Position numbers and translations under genes: made by a program
In this document: in pieces, positions 45,201 through 57,994 of the stretch
Layout of the letters: each line of letters starts with the position of its first letter
How positions within the stretch are numbered: position 1 is the first letter of the stretch
Notes under the pieces: model-generated
What the model was told of the DNA's origin: nothing
Database searches by the model: none
Seen by the model: only the letters and a program-made list of their open reading frames with translations
Source of the DNA: Vicugna vicugna
Taxonomy: Eukaryota
NCBI GenBank assembly: GCA_013265495.1
Contig: MU058824.1
Coordinates: 4,677,111-4,741,110, forward strand
Reading direction: 5' to 3'
DNA length: 64,000 nt

Positions 45201-48200
45201 TGACTCGGTAGAGGGGCAGGGTGAGGGGGGAACCTAGGGGATGAAGAACTCCAAGCTCCTCCTCCTACTTCTGGACCTCTCCTTGACCCCAACTTCCCAG
45301 ATGTATCCCCCTTCACTGAGCCCAGGCTCTGCGCGCACCTACCAGCCCTCCTTTACCAGACTCTCCCTCACATCCTTTCCCATTCTTACACCTGACTTCC
45401 CCTCTGACCGTGCAGCTTCCCCCCAGCACCGGAACTTTTCAAGAAGCTCAGAGCCGGCNNNNNNNNNNNNNNNNNNNNNNNNNNNNNNNNNNNNNNNNNN
45501 NNNNNNNNNNNNNNNNNNNNNNNNNNNNNNNNNNNNNNNNNNNNNNNNNNNNNNNNNNNNNNNNNNNNNNNNNNNNNNNNNNNNNNNNNNNNNNNNNNGC
45601 AGGACAGGCTCCGGTATGAAGAGGCACAGGGTCTAGTTCACGGGTTAGACTGGAGGCATCTGTGTGACCACGGAGTCCTGTCCGGCCCCTGGCTCCCTCC
45701 CCTTCCCAGTCTCTAGCAGTACTTGAGTGTCTGGGACAGAGGCCCCTTTTAGAGACAGATAAGAAAGGATCAGACAATGTGTTGACCTTCTCACCAACAA
45801 CAGAGCCAGGAGGACCGTGCCCAGGTCGTGTCCAACTTGAAGGGCATCTCCATGTCTTCAAGCAAACTTCTTCTGGCTGCTAAGGCCCTGTCCACAGACC
45901 CTGCTGCCCCCAACCTCAAGAGTCAGCTGGCTGCAGCTGCCCGGTAAGCAGAAGCTAGGAAGCCCAGCCCTAGAATGTTGAAGAGATTGAGGAGGGGGAA
46001 TTTCATGAGAAGTCCCTGGCTTAGGAGTAATTATAGACAAAAGAGAAATAGCTGGAGACTTCCCATGTGCACAGGATGCAGAAATGATGACCTAGGCACC
46101 CATTCACTTGACTTCCTTTTCCTCCCAGGGCAGTGACCGACAGCATCAACCAGCTCATCACCATGTGCACCCAGCAGGCGCCAGGCCAGAAAGAGTGTGA
46201 CAATGCCCTGCGGGAATTGGAGGTAGGCTCTGGCAGGCCAAATGGGGTTGAGGTTGAGGAAAGTGTTCTGGGTTTGTGGTGAAGGGATGTCTTGGATCTC
46301 ACGTCAACCCCCGCCCTACACAGACGGTCCGGGAACTCCTAGAGAACCCAGTCCAGCCCATCAATGACATGTCCTACTTTGGCTGCCTGGACAGTGTCAT
46401 GGAAAACTCGAAGGTAGGTGTAGCCAGGAACCCAGGAGGGCAGAGGGCAGGAAGAGGAAACTAACTAGGGGCTGCCCTACCCCTCTGAGGAAGGATCTGA
46501 CTCTCCGGATACCCTCTGTTCCTCAGGTGCTGGGTGAGGCCATGACTGGCATCTCCCAAAATGCCAAGAACGGAAATCTGCCGGAGTTTGGGGAGGCCAT
46601 CGCCACAGCCTCCAAGGCGCTCTGTGGCTTCACCGAGGCAGCTGCACAGGTTATTCTCCTGAGATGGTCCCTGGAACTCCCCTGCCCTCCCTACCCCTCC
46701 TCCTCACAGCCTGACATGCAGAGCAGTCAAAAGTTATGTGGAAAAAAAAAAGTTATGCTTACAAAGCCAACTCTATGGAGAGTGGAGTTCTTAACCCCTC
46801 CTAAAGTGGAGATATTTGTCACCAGTTGTAGAACACCAATAGTTCTGATTGCTGTCACCCCTGAGCCCTGGTGCTTTGGGTTATGATTACACTGTCCACC
46901 CACTGGGCCTTCTCCAGCCCTGGCTTTCTTGCTATATACTGATTAACATATGCAAATTATTTTCACATAATTTTTACTTTAGTACCAGGGACTATATTTC
47001 CAATTACTTGAGTCACCACTTAAATTTGCTTTTTTCTACATTATGAATTATAAACAGTCTATTAGCTCTGAGAGTATTTTGCTTTAGTATGTGAATCCTT
47101 AAGACAAACTGGCGTGGGAGTTCATCTGAGTTTCCCATCCTGCCTCCCTTTGCCCTGTTCTGTTGGGTGGCCTGCTCTATATGGTTTGACTTATTTCTGG
47201 AAAAGCATGAAGAGGGAAAAGCAAAGCTACCATATGTTGGGTGAAGTAATAATCAAGCCTTATGATGGTCCTCCAATCAAAACAAATTTTGGGCAACTGT
47301 TACACCCATTCCTTCCCCTTTCCAAATCTAGAAGCCTGGAGATACTGTAAATGTTAACCGTCCCCATAGTTTTAAAACTCTCTAAAAGAGGCTTTCAGTG
47401 TATATGTGTTTATGTGTGGCTTTCAAGCTAACTTTTTTCACTGCTACTTACAGTAAGCAATACTTTTCACCTTAAGACCAAGCATACACACGCATACACA
47501 TCTAAATAGAATTTTGATAAAAACTTTATTATGTGGCTTTCCTTTTTTCCTTTTTTAATCTTCTGAAATGTTTGAACACATTTAACGAAACAGGAAAGGG
47601 TTTTTTCCGCTTTTTTTTATAGTGTAACTGTAGCTGGTTAATACACCTCCACTCACATAGAACCCTGGCCACTAAACTTACCTCTGCTGCCCATCACTAT
47701 TTAACTCCCACCTGAGGAATATTCCTTATTCTTCACCCCACTTCCTCTCTCCTCAGGCTGCATATCTGGTTGGCGTCTCTGACCCCAACAGCCAAGCTGG
47801 ACAGCAAGGGCTGGTGGAGCCCACACAGTTTGCCCGAGCAAACCAGGCAATTCAGATGGCCTGTCAGAGTTTGGGGGAGCCTGGCTGCACCCAGGCCCAG
47901 GTAACTCCAGGGGACAGGTACCATGGGCAGGTCTGGGAAGGGCTGCTGAGCCAGGCTGCACCAGCCCTGTTGGGGGGAGAGGGCACGTGGAGGGGGGACG
48001 TGCTGGGGAGAGAGCGGAGCCCCATCTCTGACCTTCCACACGCAGCTTCTCTGGGTAATTGTCTTCTCCTGCATGTTTCTCATCATTCCTTCAGTTACTG
48101 CCAAGCTCACCACTTCTGTATGGACGTTTGAGATCACTTTCCTGCTGAGCCTGTTATGATTTCTCCATTAGTGTGTCAGCCCTTCGCCTTCCTTCCCCCT

Positions 48201-51200
48201 ACACCCTGCTTATCTTTGGGCATCTCTGTCTCCCAAACCTTGACTTTTCAGGTGACTCTGTCTTTCCTAATTAGACTTCCAAGGGTATTACTCTCCACCC
48301 CAACCTAAAGCGGCTCCTCCCTGGTGTGAACACTTCCCTCCTGCCCTCAACACAGCTCTTCCACGATTCTGTCTCCTCAGGTGCTCTCTGCAGCCACCAT
48401 TGTGGCCAAACACACCTCTGCACTGTGTAACAGCTGCCGCCTGGCCTCTGCCCGTACTGCCAATCCTACTGCCAAGCGCCAGTTTGTACAGTCAGCGAAG
48501 GAGGTGGCCAACAGCACAGCCAATCTTGTCAAGACCATCAAGGTTCCCAGTGTTTGAATTCTCAGCCTCTCCCTGACCTGTCTAGTCTTCTCTCCCCTGA
48601 CCTTCCCTGTCACTCCCTGAGGCCTTCTACAAAATCCCACTGCCTGAGCCCAAGCCCTTTCCTATCCACACTGGTCATCACCACCCTCTCCCCACACCCT
48701 TTAACCTTTTAGCTCAGGAGGGAGACCTGGGCTTCGCTGCCTTTGCCTACAGTCCATCCTGAGGGCCTCTGTGTCATTCCCACTTCAGGCACTAGACGGG
48801 GCCTTCACAGAGGAGAACCGTGCCCAGTGCCGAGCAGCAACCGCCCCTCTCCTGGAGGCTGTGGACAATCTGAGTGCCTTTGCATCCAACCCTGAGTTCT
48901 CCAGCGTTCCTGCCCAGATCAGCCCTGAGGTGAGGCAATGTGAAGGAAGAACTGATGGGGTGGCTGCCACCTCATCTTCCTGGAGTCTTGAGACTCACCT
49001 CCCTGCCTCCCTTCTCTCCAGGGCCGGGCTGCTATGGAACCCATTGTGATCTCTGCGAAGACAATGTTGGAGAGTGCCGGGGGCCTAATCCAGACAGCCC
49101 GGGCCCTGGCGGTCAATCCCCGGGACCCCCCGCGCTGGTCAGTGTTGGCTGGCCACTCCCGTACTGTCTCCGACTCTATCAAGAAGCTCATTACAAGCAT
49201 GAGGTATGGGGGTCAGGTAGAGAACCAGTGTGACTGGGGGACATACGCTGTGGCAGAATGGAGGGGTGGGCACTTACGTGCAATGAGATGGGACAGTGTT
49301 AGAGGACACCTGTTGGCCAAGATTTGGGGGGTGCAGGGGAAAAGGTAGGCTAGCCTTGTATTCAAGGGATGTTCTTCGTGTTGAAGCCTGTGATGTGTCT
49401 GCAGGGACAAGGCTCCAGGGCAGCTAGAATGTGAGACAGCCATTGCAGCTCTGAACAGCTGTCTGCGGGACCTGGACCAGGCTTCCCTCGCTGCAGTCAG
49501 CCAGCAGCTTGCTCCCCGTGAGGGTATCTCTCAAGAGGTAAGGGGGAAGAGGGTCCTATGAAAGCTTATGTCTGGGAGGAGGGCTGACAGGCTTAAGGAG
49601 GATGGGCGATCTGGGAGAGGGCTTCCTAGAGACATCGAGGGTATGAAACATGCCGGGGGTGGGGGGGATAGTTGGATATGAGAAGAGTAGGGTCCTGTGC
49701 AACTGGAGGGTCCCATCACAGGTCATAGTCAGGGCTAAATTTCACTTCCTCCCCAGGCCCTGCACACCCAGATGCTCACTGCGGTGCAGGAGATCTCCCA
49801 TCTTATTGAGCCACTGGCCAGTGCTGCCCGGGCTGAAGCCTCCCAGCTGGGACACAAGGTATCTGGGGAGACAAATGGAGAGTCCGAGGCAGGATGAACA
49901 AGGGGACTTGGCCCAGCTGACCCCTATTCCAACCCCCTGCCTCAGGTGTCCCAGATGGCCCAATACTTTGAGCCACTCACCCTGGCTGCCGTGGGTGCTG
50001 CCTCCAAGACCCTGAGCCACCCACAGCAGATGGCGCTCCTGGACCAGACTAAAACCTTGGCCGAGTCTGCCCTGCAGTTGCTGTACACAGCCAAGGAGGC
50101 TGGCGGTAACCCCAAGGTACTGAGGGCTGGGTTGCGAGGCGGCTGCTATAAGAAGTCGGAGATGCAGGAACAGCGGGGCCCCCCCTCATTCACTGTGCCC
50201 CACAGCAAGCAGCTCACACCCAGGAAGCCCTGGAGGAGGCCGTGCAGATGATGACAGAGGCCGTGGAAGACCTAACAACCACCCTCAACGAGGCAGCCAG
50301 TGCTGCTGGGGTTGTCGGCGGCATGGTGGACTCCATCACGCAGGCCATCAACCAGGTTAGAGACCCGGGGTGCCTGTGGACAGAGCCTACCGCAGGCCAG
50401 GTCCCTGAGCCCAGTGGCAGGGACCAACAATCTTTTCCCTTCCCTCATCCTCCTCCCTCAGCTAGATGAAGGACCAATGGGTGAACCAGAAGGTTCCTTT
50501 GTGGATTACCAGACAACTATGGTGCGGACAGCCAAGGCCATTGCTGTTACCGTTCAGGAGATGGTGAGTTTGAGAGAGTTTTAAGAGGACTGCCCTTGGA
50601 GAGTTGAGTTTGGACATAACTCCCCTTTTTCCACTATCACCAGGTAACTAAGTCAAACACCAGCCCTGAGGAGCTGGGCCCTCTTGCAAACCAGCTGACC
50701 AGTGACTACGGCCGTCTGGCCTCACAGGCCAAGCCCGCAGCTGTAGCTGCTGAAAATGAAGAGGTAACTTGGAGGCAGTTCTGACCTCCCCCCTGCCCCT
50801 CACAGAACATCCCAGTGGCGTGTCCCCTGTCCCATCATGTCAGTCTCTAGGGCTGTCCCATCCTTGCCCCCTCTGGTCTTTCATAGAAGGGGGAGTTCAT
50901 CCTCAGGGCCACTCCACGAAAGAGTGATCAGAGTTCTGTGTAGGGGTGGCATCAAAGCCTTCAGGCACAGGGACAAAGGAGACAGCCCAGGACCTAGAGA
51001 TTTCCTGGTCTGCCACCATATCCTCTGCTGCCCTTCCTCTGGGCCTGTGGCTGCTGCTCTGCTGTGCTGCAGTCTATATTCCCTTCTTAGTTCTTTCTTC
51101 TTGCAAATCCCTGAAGCTCTTCCTTCCCTAAGCTCCTGGCTTTCCAAGAAAGCCAGTAATTGGATCTTCACATGACACACTTAATCCCCAACCCCAAACC

Positions 51201-54200
51201 CCTCCACAGCCACACACAGGCCAAATTATAATCCATGGCCTCTGATTCAAACAGCCAGCATGAAGCGCTTCTCTCCCTCCTCCTCACTCTGCTTAGCACT
51301 GCTGGTGCCCTCAGGCTATCATTTCCATGTGTGGGAAGTGACCTCCTGACTAAAGGCTGTGAAACAGGACGAGTCTACATGCTGGGCACTTTTCTCACAA
51401 CCCCTTTAGTCTACAGTACATGTTACTTTAGGTCTTTAGTGACTCCTCAAGCACAGTGGAAGGACCTGAGTGCCTCTTGTAAAATCCATCTCCCTTTTCC
51501 ATCTGCTCACAGATAGGCGCCCACATCAAGCACCGGGTACAGGAGCTGGGGCACGGCTGTGCTGCTCTGGTCACCAAGGCAGGCGCCCTGCAGTGCAGCC
51601 CCAGTGACGCTTATACCAAGAAGGAGCTGATAGAGTGCGCACGAAGAGTCTCCGAGAAGGTGACCGTGCTCATCCCTGCGGACCGGGGCCGGGCTCCCCA
51701 ACCCTGCAGCCTTTCATGTTCCCCTCCAACCTTCCCAGCCCTCTCTGTCCCTTCTCTCAGGCACTGGTGACCTATCCCTTCCACAGGGCACCTACCACAG
51801 TCACCACGTGACTCTCCTCCCCCAGGTCTCCCATGTGCTGGCTGCACTCCAGGCCGGGAATCGTGGCACTCAGGCCTGCATCACAGCCGCCAGTGCTGTG
51901 TCGGGCATCATCGCTGACCTCGACACCACCATCATGTTCGCTACTGCTGGCACGCTCAATCGCGAGGGTGCTGAAACTTTTGCGGACCACCGGTGAGGGG
52001 GGAACCTGGGCCTCACGGAGGCAGGGTTGGGTATGGGGCCAGAAGAGGCTGGAGGGGTTGGGGGAAGCCTGAGAAGAGCTGATTGGGCCGGGCCGTCTCT
52101 CAGGGAGGGCATTCTGAAGACTGCAAAGGTGCTGGTGGAGGACACCAAGGTCCTGGTGCAGAATGCAGCTGGGAGCCAGGAGAAGCTGGCACAGGCTGCC
52201 CAGTCCTCTGTGGCCACCATCACTCGCCTCGCTGACGTGGTCAAGCTGGGTGCAGCCAGCCTGGGAGCTGAGGACCCTGAGACCCAGGTATCCACCTGAC
52301 ACCCTTAATTCTGGCCAGAACCACTTCCTGTTCCTCCTTTCCTTCCCACAGACCAGAGCCTCTGCTGTCCCACACAGGTGGTGCTGATCAATGCAGTGAA
52401 AGATGTGGCCAAGGCCCTGGGAGACCTCATCAGTGCAACAAAGGCTGCAGCTGGCAAAGTCGGGGATGACCCTGCTGTGTGGCAGCTCAAGAACTCTGCC
52501 AAGGTCAGAGGAATGAGAACAGCCTGAGGAGAGGAGGTGGATCAAGGTGCTTTTTCCCGTCCTTTAAAGTGATCCCTACCCCGTTCCTCTGATGCCCCCA
52601 GGTGATGGTGACCAATGTGACATCATTGCTCAAGACGGTGAAAGCTGTGGAGGATGAGGCCACCAAGGGCACACGGGCCCTGGAGGCAACCACAGAACAC
52701 ATACGGCAGGAACTGGCGGTGAGCGCGAGTCTGGGGCATCAGGGACTTGGGTCAGAGAGTGGCGTCATGACTGGCTGTAAACCTGTGCCACACCTACACT
52801 CACAGTGACACACTCACTCACTCATTCTCTTCGCTCGCCACAGGCTTCTTACTCAACCGCGCTCATGTCTTACCCTCCTCGCCTGTTTACTCCCTAGCAT
52901 TTGACACCTACCTACCTTTGTTCTCCCATTTTCTCCAGTCACCAGTGGTCTCTTAGTTGCCATATTCAGTGGCCACTTCTTGGCCTTCATCTGTTTTAGA
53001 CATTTCCAAAGCAGCTGACTGTCTTAACCAGCCTCTCTTTGAAAGCCTTTCTTTCTTTGGCCTTCTTGACACCGGCTTTTCTCTTGCCTCTCACATCTCT
53101 TCTATGTCATCACTGAATCACCTTCAACCAAGTAAATGCACACAGGCCTAGAGGCCTTCCCAGAATTGCACAAATCGCCTTCCTATTCTGTCTTCCTCCT
53201 TGGCAATTAATTCAACCACTGTCATTGTTCTCTAACAAGTTCACTTCCAGTTCTGACTTTAGTTGTTTTCAACTGCCTATTTGACATCAACATTGAGATG
53301 CAGCCAGCTGTTCTTCCTGACCTGCTGCTCCTCACTGACAATTGAAAGTTAACGATTGATTCCCCTTCTGTCACCTTTGACTTTACTGTCTTACTCACCA
53401 CATGCAGGCCGTTGCCAGGTCCTCCCAACCCCCCTCCTCTCCCATTCCACTGTCAGCTCTCCCTCACTTTGACAGTTTTCTACCTGGTCTCCCTGCCTTC
53501 AGTCTCTATCACGTTCATCTTCCCTACTTCTGAATTCATCTTTCTGATCTGTTTTCATCTCCCCTTGGAAATGTCCAAATTGAAACTCCTAACTTTCTGC
53601 CTCCCATACCTGATCATTCCCTCATCTTTCCCATCTTAGTAAATGGCACTTTTTAGTAACTCGATTCCTAAAGGCAGAAACCCAGCTTTAACTGCTCTCT
53701 GGTTCCCCACACCCAAGCCCATCAGCAGTTCTTACAGTGCTCCCTCCAGATAGACCTCATTTTCTCTTTTCCCCATCTCTGCCACCACGGCCTTGCCCAG
53801 ACCATCAGCAGTCCTTAGCTGTGTTTATGTGATGGCATCTATCTAACTCCCTGCTTCCACACTCACCCCCTCCAATCCATTCTCCCTACATAGTACTCAG
53901 GATAATCCTTTAAAAATATAAAGTAGATTATGTTACTTCAGTGCTTACAGCCCTTGAGTGGCTGTCCTGGCATCTGGTGTAAAATCCACCCTCCTTACAC
54001 GGCCTTGCAGGCCCCATGGCCCCTGCCCACTTCCCCAGGGTCTCCTTATCCTGCTCTCTCTCCCTTTCCAGGCCCCCTGCACTCTCACCCACTGCCGGCC
54101 CCTGCACTTGCTCTCTTGCAGCTTTTTGAACATCTGGCTCCTCCTAATCCTTTAGACCTCAGCTTAAACATCCTCTCCTCAGAGTCCTTCCGTGACCACC

Positions 54201-57200
54201 TTTCTGAGAAAGGACTTCCTTTTTCTTTCTCGTCACAGCACTGCCTTTTTCCTTTACAGCCCAGATCAGTCTCCTTTTTTGCACATTTACCTAATTATTG
54301 TCTGTATCCAAAACTAGGATGTAAGCTCCATGAGAACAAGGACCTTGCCTACCTTACTCTCCATCGCATCACAGCACCTCACATAGAATCTGCCACCTAG
54401 CTGATCTTTAGTGATTTGTTGGATGTATACAAACATCAAAATATTTTTATGACTTTTACATATTATGTAAAATTCTAACTTCCTTTTTCTGATATTCAAG
54501 GCCCCAACAACCTCTTCACCACCATGTCCATATTCTAGAACATTCCTTGATACTCTCCCACTTGACATCCTGGTTATTCACACTCTACCACTTACGTAAA
54601 ATGCCCTCCTGTTACCTGTATCTCTTAAGACCCAGATCCTTGCCCCACCTTCACCACTCACCCCATCAAGGCTTCTCTATAGTTTAGGAATGAAAACCCA
54701 GTTCAAAGTTACTTCTTTAATTTCAAACAAATAAACTCTCCCCAATCACTGCAGTCAGAAATGATGACCAGCTACCTTCTTTTTATATTACCTGTCAATG
54801 TGTGAACTTCTCCAAACCCTTCACCTACAATAAATTCACTAATGAATGCTTGTTGAATGAACATACGGACGAGTGAACCAAATCACACGAGTGCTGCATC
54901 GTCTTACAGCCTCACTCACTGTGGAATTTTTCTTCTTGTTCTGCCGCAACAGGTCTTCTGTTCCCCAGAGCCACCTGCCAAGACCTCTACCCCAGAAGAC
55001 TTCATCCGCATGACCAAGGGTATCACCATGGCAACAGCCAAGGCCGTTGCTGCCGGGAACTCCTGCCGCCAGGAAGATGTCATTGCCACAGCCAATCTAA
55101 GTCGTCGTGCTATTGCAGATATGCTTCGGGCTTGCAAGGTAGAAGTACTGGTGGTGAGGCAGAAGTTTGAGGCCTTGAGGCAGCTTTAGGGTAGAACATG
55201 GTAGGGAGAAACTGAGGGGCTTGGGGGACTGGGAGCTCTTTGGGGTCCTCCGGCTAACATGTTTCTCTGTGTATAGGAAGCAGCCTACCACCCAGAAGTG
55301 GCCCCTGATGTGCGGCTTCGAGCACTGCACTATGGCCGGGAGTGCGCCAACGGCTACCTGGAACTGCTGGACCATGTGCTGCTGGTAAGGCAGGAGTTGT
55401 CTGCTCCTCATACCAGCCTTCCTGAATATATAGTCCTCTCCCATAAGCTTCAGACCCAGCTGTCTGATACTTGGTTCAGATCTCCCTACCCCACCATCTA
55501 TTCCCCGATCTGTTCTTATTTCCCAGCCTCCCTTTCACTGGGGCCCCATCATTCTTAGCATCTTTGGTTCTCCCACTCACCTCTTCCTCTTTTTCTTATC
55601 TCCTCTCTTCCCACCTGACCTCCTACTTCTCTCCTTTGTCATCTCTTTCTTCTCATTTCATCATACTCCTTACTCATTGTCAGCCGGTGAGTGACATACA
55701 GCCCCGCTGTCTTCCCATGCGTGCAGTGTGATACCCGAGTGCACTGGCATAGGCCGTGTGGTGTTTGAGGCTGTGTTCTGGAGTAGTCCAGGGATGGGGT
55801 CGGCAGGGGACTGTAGTCTGCCCTATTTCAGAGATCAAGGTAGAAGCTAAGGCCTGATGCCCTCTGCTCCCTTCCCGTCTTCCCCAGACCCTGCAGAAGC
55901 CAAGCCCAGAGTTGAAGCAGCAGTTGACGGGTCACTCAAAGCGTGTGGCTGGTTCAGTCACTGAGCTAATCCAGGCTGCTGAGGCCATGAAGGGTGAGGC
56001 GGGACCAGGGCAGGGAGGGAAGGGAAGGGAAACCCTTGTCCTGGGGAAGTCTCTACTTCTGGGTTATCTGCCCTGAGCTCGCCTCTGCTCGCAGTCCCCA
56101 CAGGTGCCAGGGCCCTACTGATCATAACCATGCTGCCCAGTGCTCCTGATCTCCCTGCTCTGCCTTAGCCCCCTCCTTCCCCCCTTCCTCCCCTCAGGAA
56201 CAGAATGGGTGGACCCAGAGGACCCCACAGTCATCGCTGAGAATGAGCTGCTGGGAGCTGCGGCTGCCATTGAGGCTGCTGCCAAAAAGCTGGAGCAGCT
56301 GAAGCCCCGGGCCAAACCCAAGGTCAGACCTGCTCCCTCCCTTTTCCCTACCCTCAGGACAGCAGAACGTCACCACCTCCAGGCCCTTTTACTTCACATC
56401 TGTCTCTGCAACCTTTGTGTCTTCTTTGCAGGAGGCAGATGAATCCTTGAACTTTGAGGAGCAGATACTGGAAGCTGCCAAATCCATTGCCGCAGCCACC
56501 AGTGCCCTGGTGAAGGCTGCATCAGCTGCCCAGAGGGAACTGGTGGCCCAAGGGAAGGTAAGGACTTAGATATCCAGAAGAATGGGGAAAGGAGCAGCTT
56601 TGTATTGTCGCCAGGAGGCTCTTAGGACCTGCAGAGAGCACAGGTCTAAGCAGGCTCCCCTCCTTCCTCCACAGGTGGGCGCCATTCCAGCCAATGCACT
56701 GGATGATGGGCAGTGGTCCCAGGGCCTTATTTCTGCTGTGAGTGTACAACTCCCGCTAGATGCCTCTGAGCTTAAGAGACTTGAGAAGGCTGGAGAGGGC
56801 ATGGACCAGGGCAAGAGGCGTATTTTAATCTAATCTCCCTGCTTTAGGCTCGGATGGTGGCTGCAGCCACCAACAATCTGTGTGAGGCAGCCAATGCAGC
56901 TGTACAAGGCCACGCCAGCCAGGAGAAGCTCATCTCATCAGCCAAGCAGGTCGCTGCCTCCACAGCCCAGCTCCTCGTGGCCTGCAAAGTTAAGGCTGAC
57001 CAGGACTCTGAGGCAATGAAACGGCTTCAGGTGAGGAATTCTGACCCATCCATTGTACCTCGAGCTGTGCTGCTTTAAACTGTCACCCCCAAGACATGCT
57101 TTCTGTGACAGAGTCGAGGGACTCTCTCAGCTGGGGCCTGACCTGGATTCTGAATTCATGCTGCCTTCTCTCTGCCCAGGCTGCTGGCAACGCAGTGAAG

Positions 57201-57562
57201 CGAGCCTCGGATAACCTGGTGAAGGCAGCACAAAAGGCTGCAGCCTTTGAAGACCAGGAGAACGAGACAGTGGTAGTGAAGGAGAAGATGGTTGGGGGCA
57301 TTGCCCAGGTGAGCTCTGCCCCAGACACTCTGAGGGACACATCAGCAGGGCAGTCACAAAGCCCGTGCTGGTCCCACCCACCCTAAACCCTAATGCACGT
57401 GCTCACCGAACTGAGTTCCCTGTCTCCGTCCCTCAGATCATTGCCGCCCAGGAAGAGATGCTTCGGAAGGAACGAGAGCTGGAAGAGGCACGGAAGAAGT
57501 TGGCACAGATCCGGCAGCAGCAGTACAAGTTTCTGCCTTCAGAGCTTCGAGATGAGCACTAG
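33261..57562 (+). CDS. TLN1: Talin-1 (2541 aa), 56 coding exons
   Basis: Kozak GCCACCATGG. Exons 33261-33390, 33635-33732, 33988-34117, 34225-34377, 34630-34772, 34882-35009, 35740-35800, 36451-36555, 36890-37045, 37786-37887, 38039-38115, 38347-38527, 38681-38794, 38907-39015, 39245-39453, 39611-39709, 40744-40911, 41101-41395, 41889-42055, 42897-43025, 43195-43311, 43414-43527, 43688-43822, 43978-44106, 44283-44385, 44541-44749, 45088-45207, 45416-45613, 45804-45943, 46129-46222, 46324-46413, 46527-46649, 47757-47900, 48381-48542, 48789-48929, 49022-49203, 49405-49537, 49757-49858, 49946-50116, 50206-50355, 50462-50563, 50644-50763, 51513-51659, 51826-51992, 52104-52287, 52378-52503, 52602-52718, 54953-55138, 55277-55384, 55888-55993, 56198-56322, 56432-56557, 56675-56737, 56848-57030, 57180-57308, 57437-57562. 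These sum to 7626 nt with consistent phases, from MVALSLKISIGNVVKTMQFEP to QQYKFLPSELRDEH*. Confidence 0.98.
36020..36115 (+). mobile_element. MIR fragment
   Basis: ACCTCTAACATGGGATAATGATACCTGCCC...GGGGTCAAATGAGATAGCAC. Confidence 0.65.
40124..40174 (+). CDS. TLN1: TLN1 alternative cassette exon 17b (51 nt, ICAPRGAGVRSPPDPPT)
   Basis: Flanked by tttcctacacag| and |gtaacg; phase 0/0 with no stop. Inserts after Q665, as described for human exon 17b (recalled ICASRGAGVRSPPDSST). Confidence 0.85.
45459..45598. other. N block (140 bp) inside TLN1 exon 45416-45613
   Basis: Run of N. The flanks (LPPSTGTFQEAQSR...AGQAP) stay in frame and give the 198-bp exon length needed for 2541 aa. Confidence 1.
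46470..46534 (+). ncRNA. Locus orthologous to human intronic MIR6852 (function here unproven)
   Basis: GCTGCCCTACCCCTCTGAGGAAGGATCTGACTCTCCGGATACCCTCTGTTCCTCAG|GTGCTGGG resembles the recalled human hairpin. CTGAGGAA/TTCCTCAG can pair and the stem ends at the splice acceptor. Confidence 0.3.
52950..54430 (+). mobile_element. Long L2 LINE remnant in TLN1 intron
   Basis: Successive L2 motifs: CTCTTTGAAAGCCTTTC, GGAAATGTCCAAATTGAAACTCC, CCATCAGCAGTTCTTACAGTGCTCCCTCCAG, CTCAGCTTAAACATCCTCTCCTCAGAG, GGATGTAAGCTCCATGAGAACAAGGACC. Confidence 0.8.
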
Positions 57563-57988
57563 GGCAGCCGCTTCTATTTAACGCAGACCCAGCCCAGAGA
57601 CTGTGCCTGCCACTACCAAAGCCTTCTGGGCTGTCGGGCCCAGCCTGCCCAACCCCAGCACTCCCCAAAGTGCCTGCCAAACCCCGGGCCTGGCCCTGCC
57701 CAGTCCCGCTGCACATCCCCTGTCCCTTCCTGACTCCAAGTGCCTTCATGCCCTAGGGCCCCCGAAGTGCCTACCCCTCCCAGAGTATTAACGCTCCAAG
57801 AGTATTATTAACGCTGCTGTACCTCAGTCTGAACCTGCCAGGGCCCCAGCCCGCTGCACCCGGCCAGCAGCTTCCAGCCAGTCCCCACAGCCTCCGCTCT
57901 ACTCATCCTTTTTTATACTATCTATCTACCCCCTCCCCCACCCACCTGTGGGGGTCGTGAGGGTGTAAGCCCCAACAGGCCATACTCC

Positions 57989-57994
57989 AATAAA
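57989..57994 (+). terminator. TLN1 poly(A) signal
   Basis: AATAAA about 430 nt after the TLN1 stop. Confidence 0.8.

Noticed and set aside
40116-52545. Long antisense ORFs over TLN1 (40116-40808, 42696-43310, 43595-44128, 51772-52545)
   Set aside because: Shadows of GC-rich, Ala-rich talin exons and short introns; no independent coding signal.
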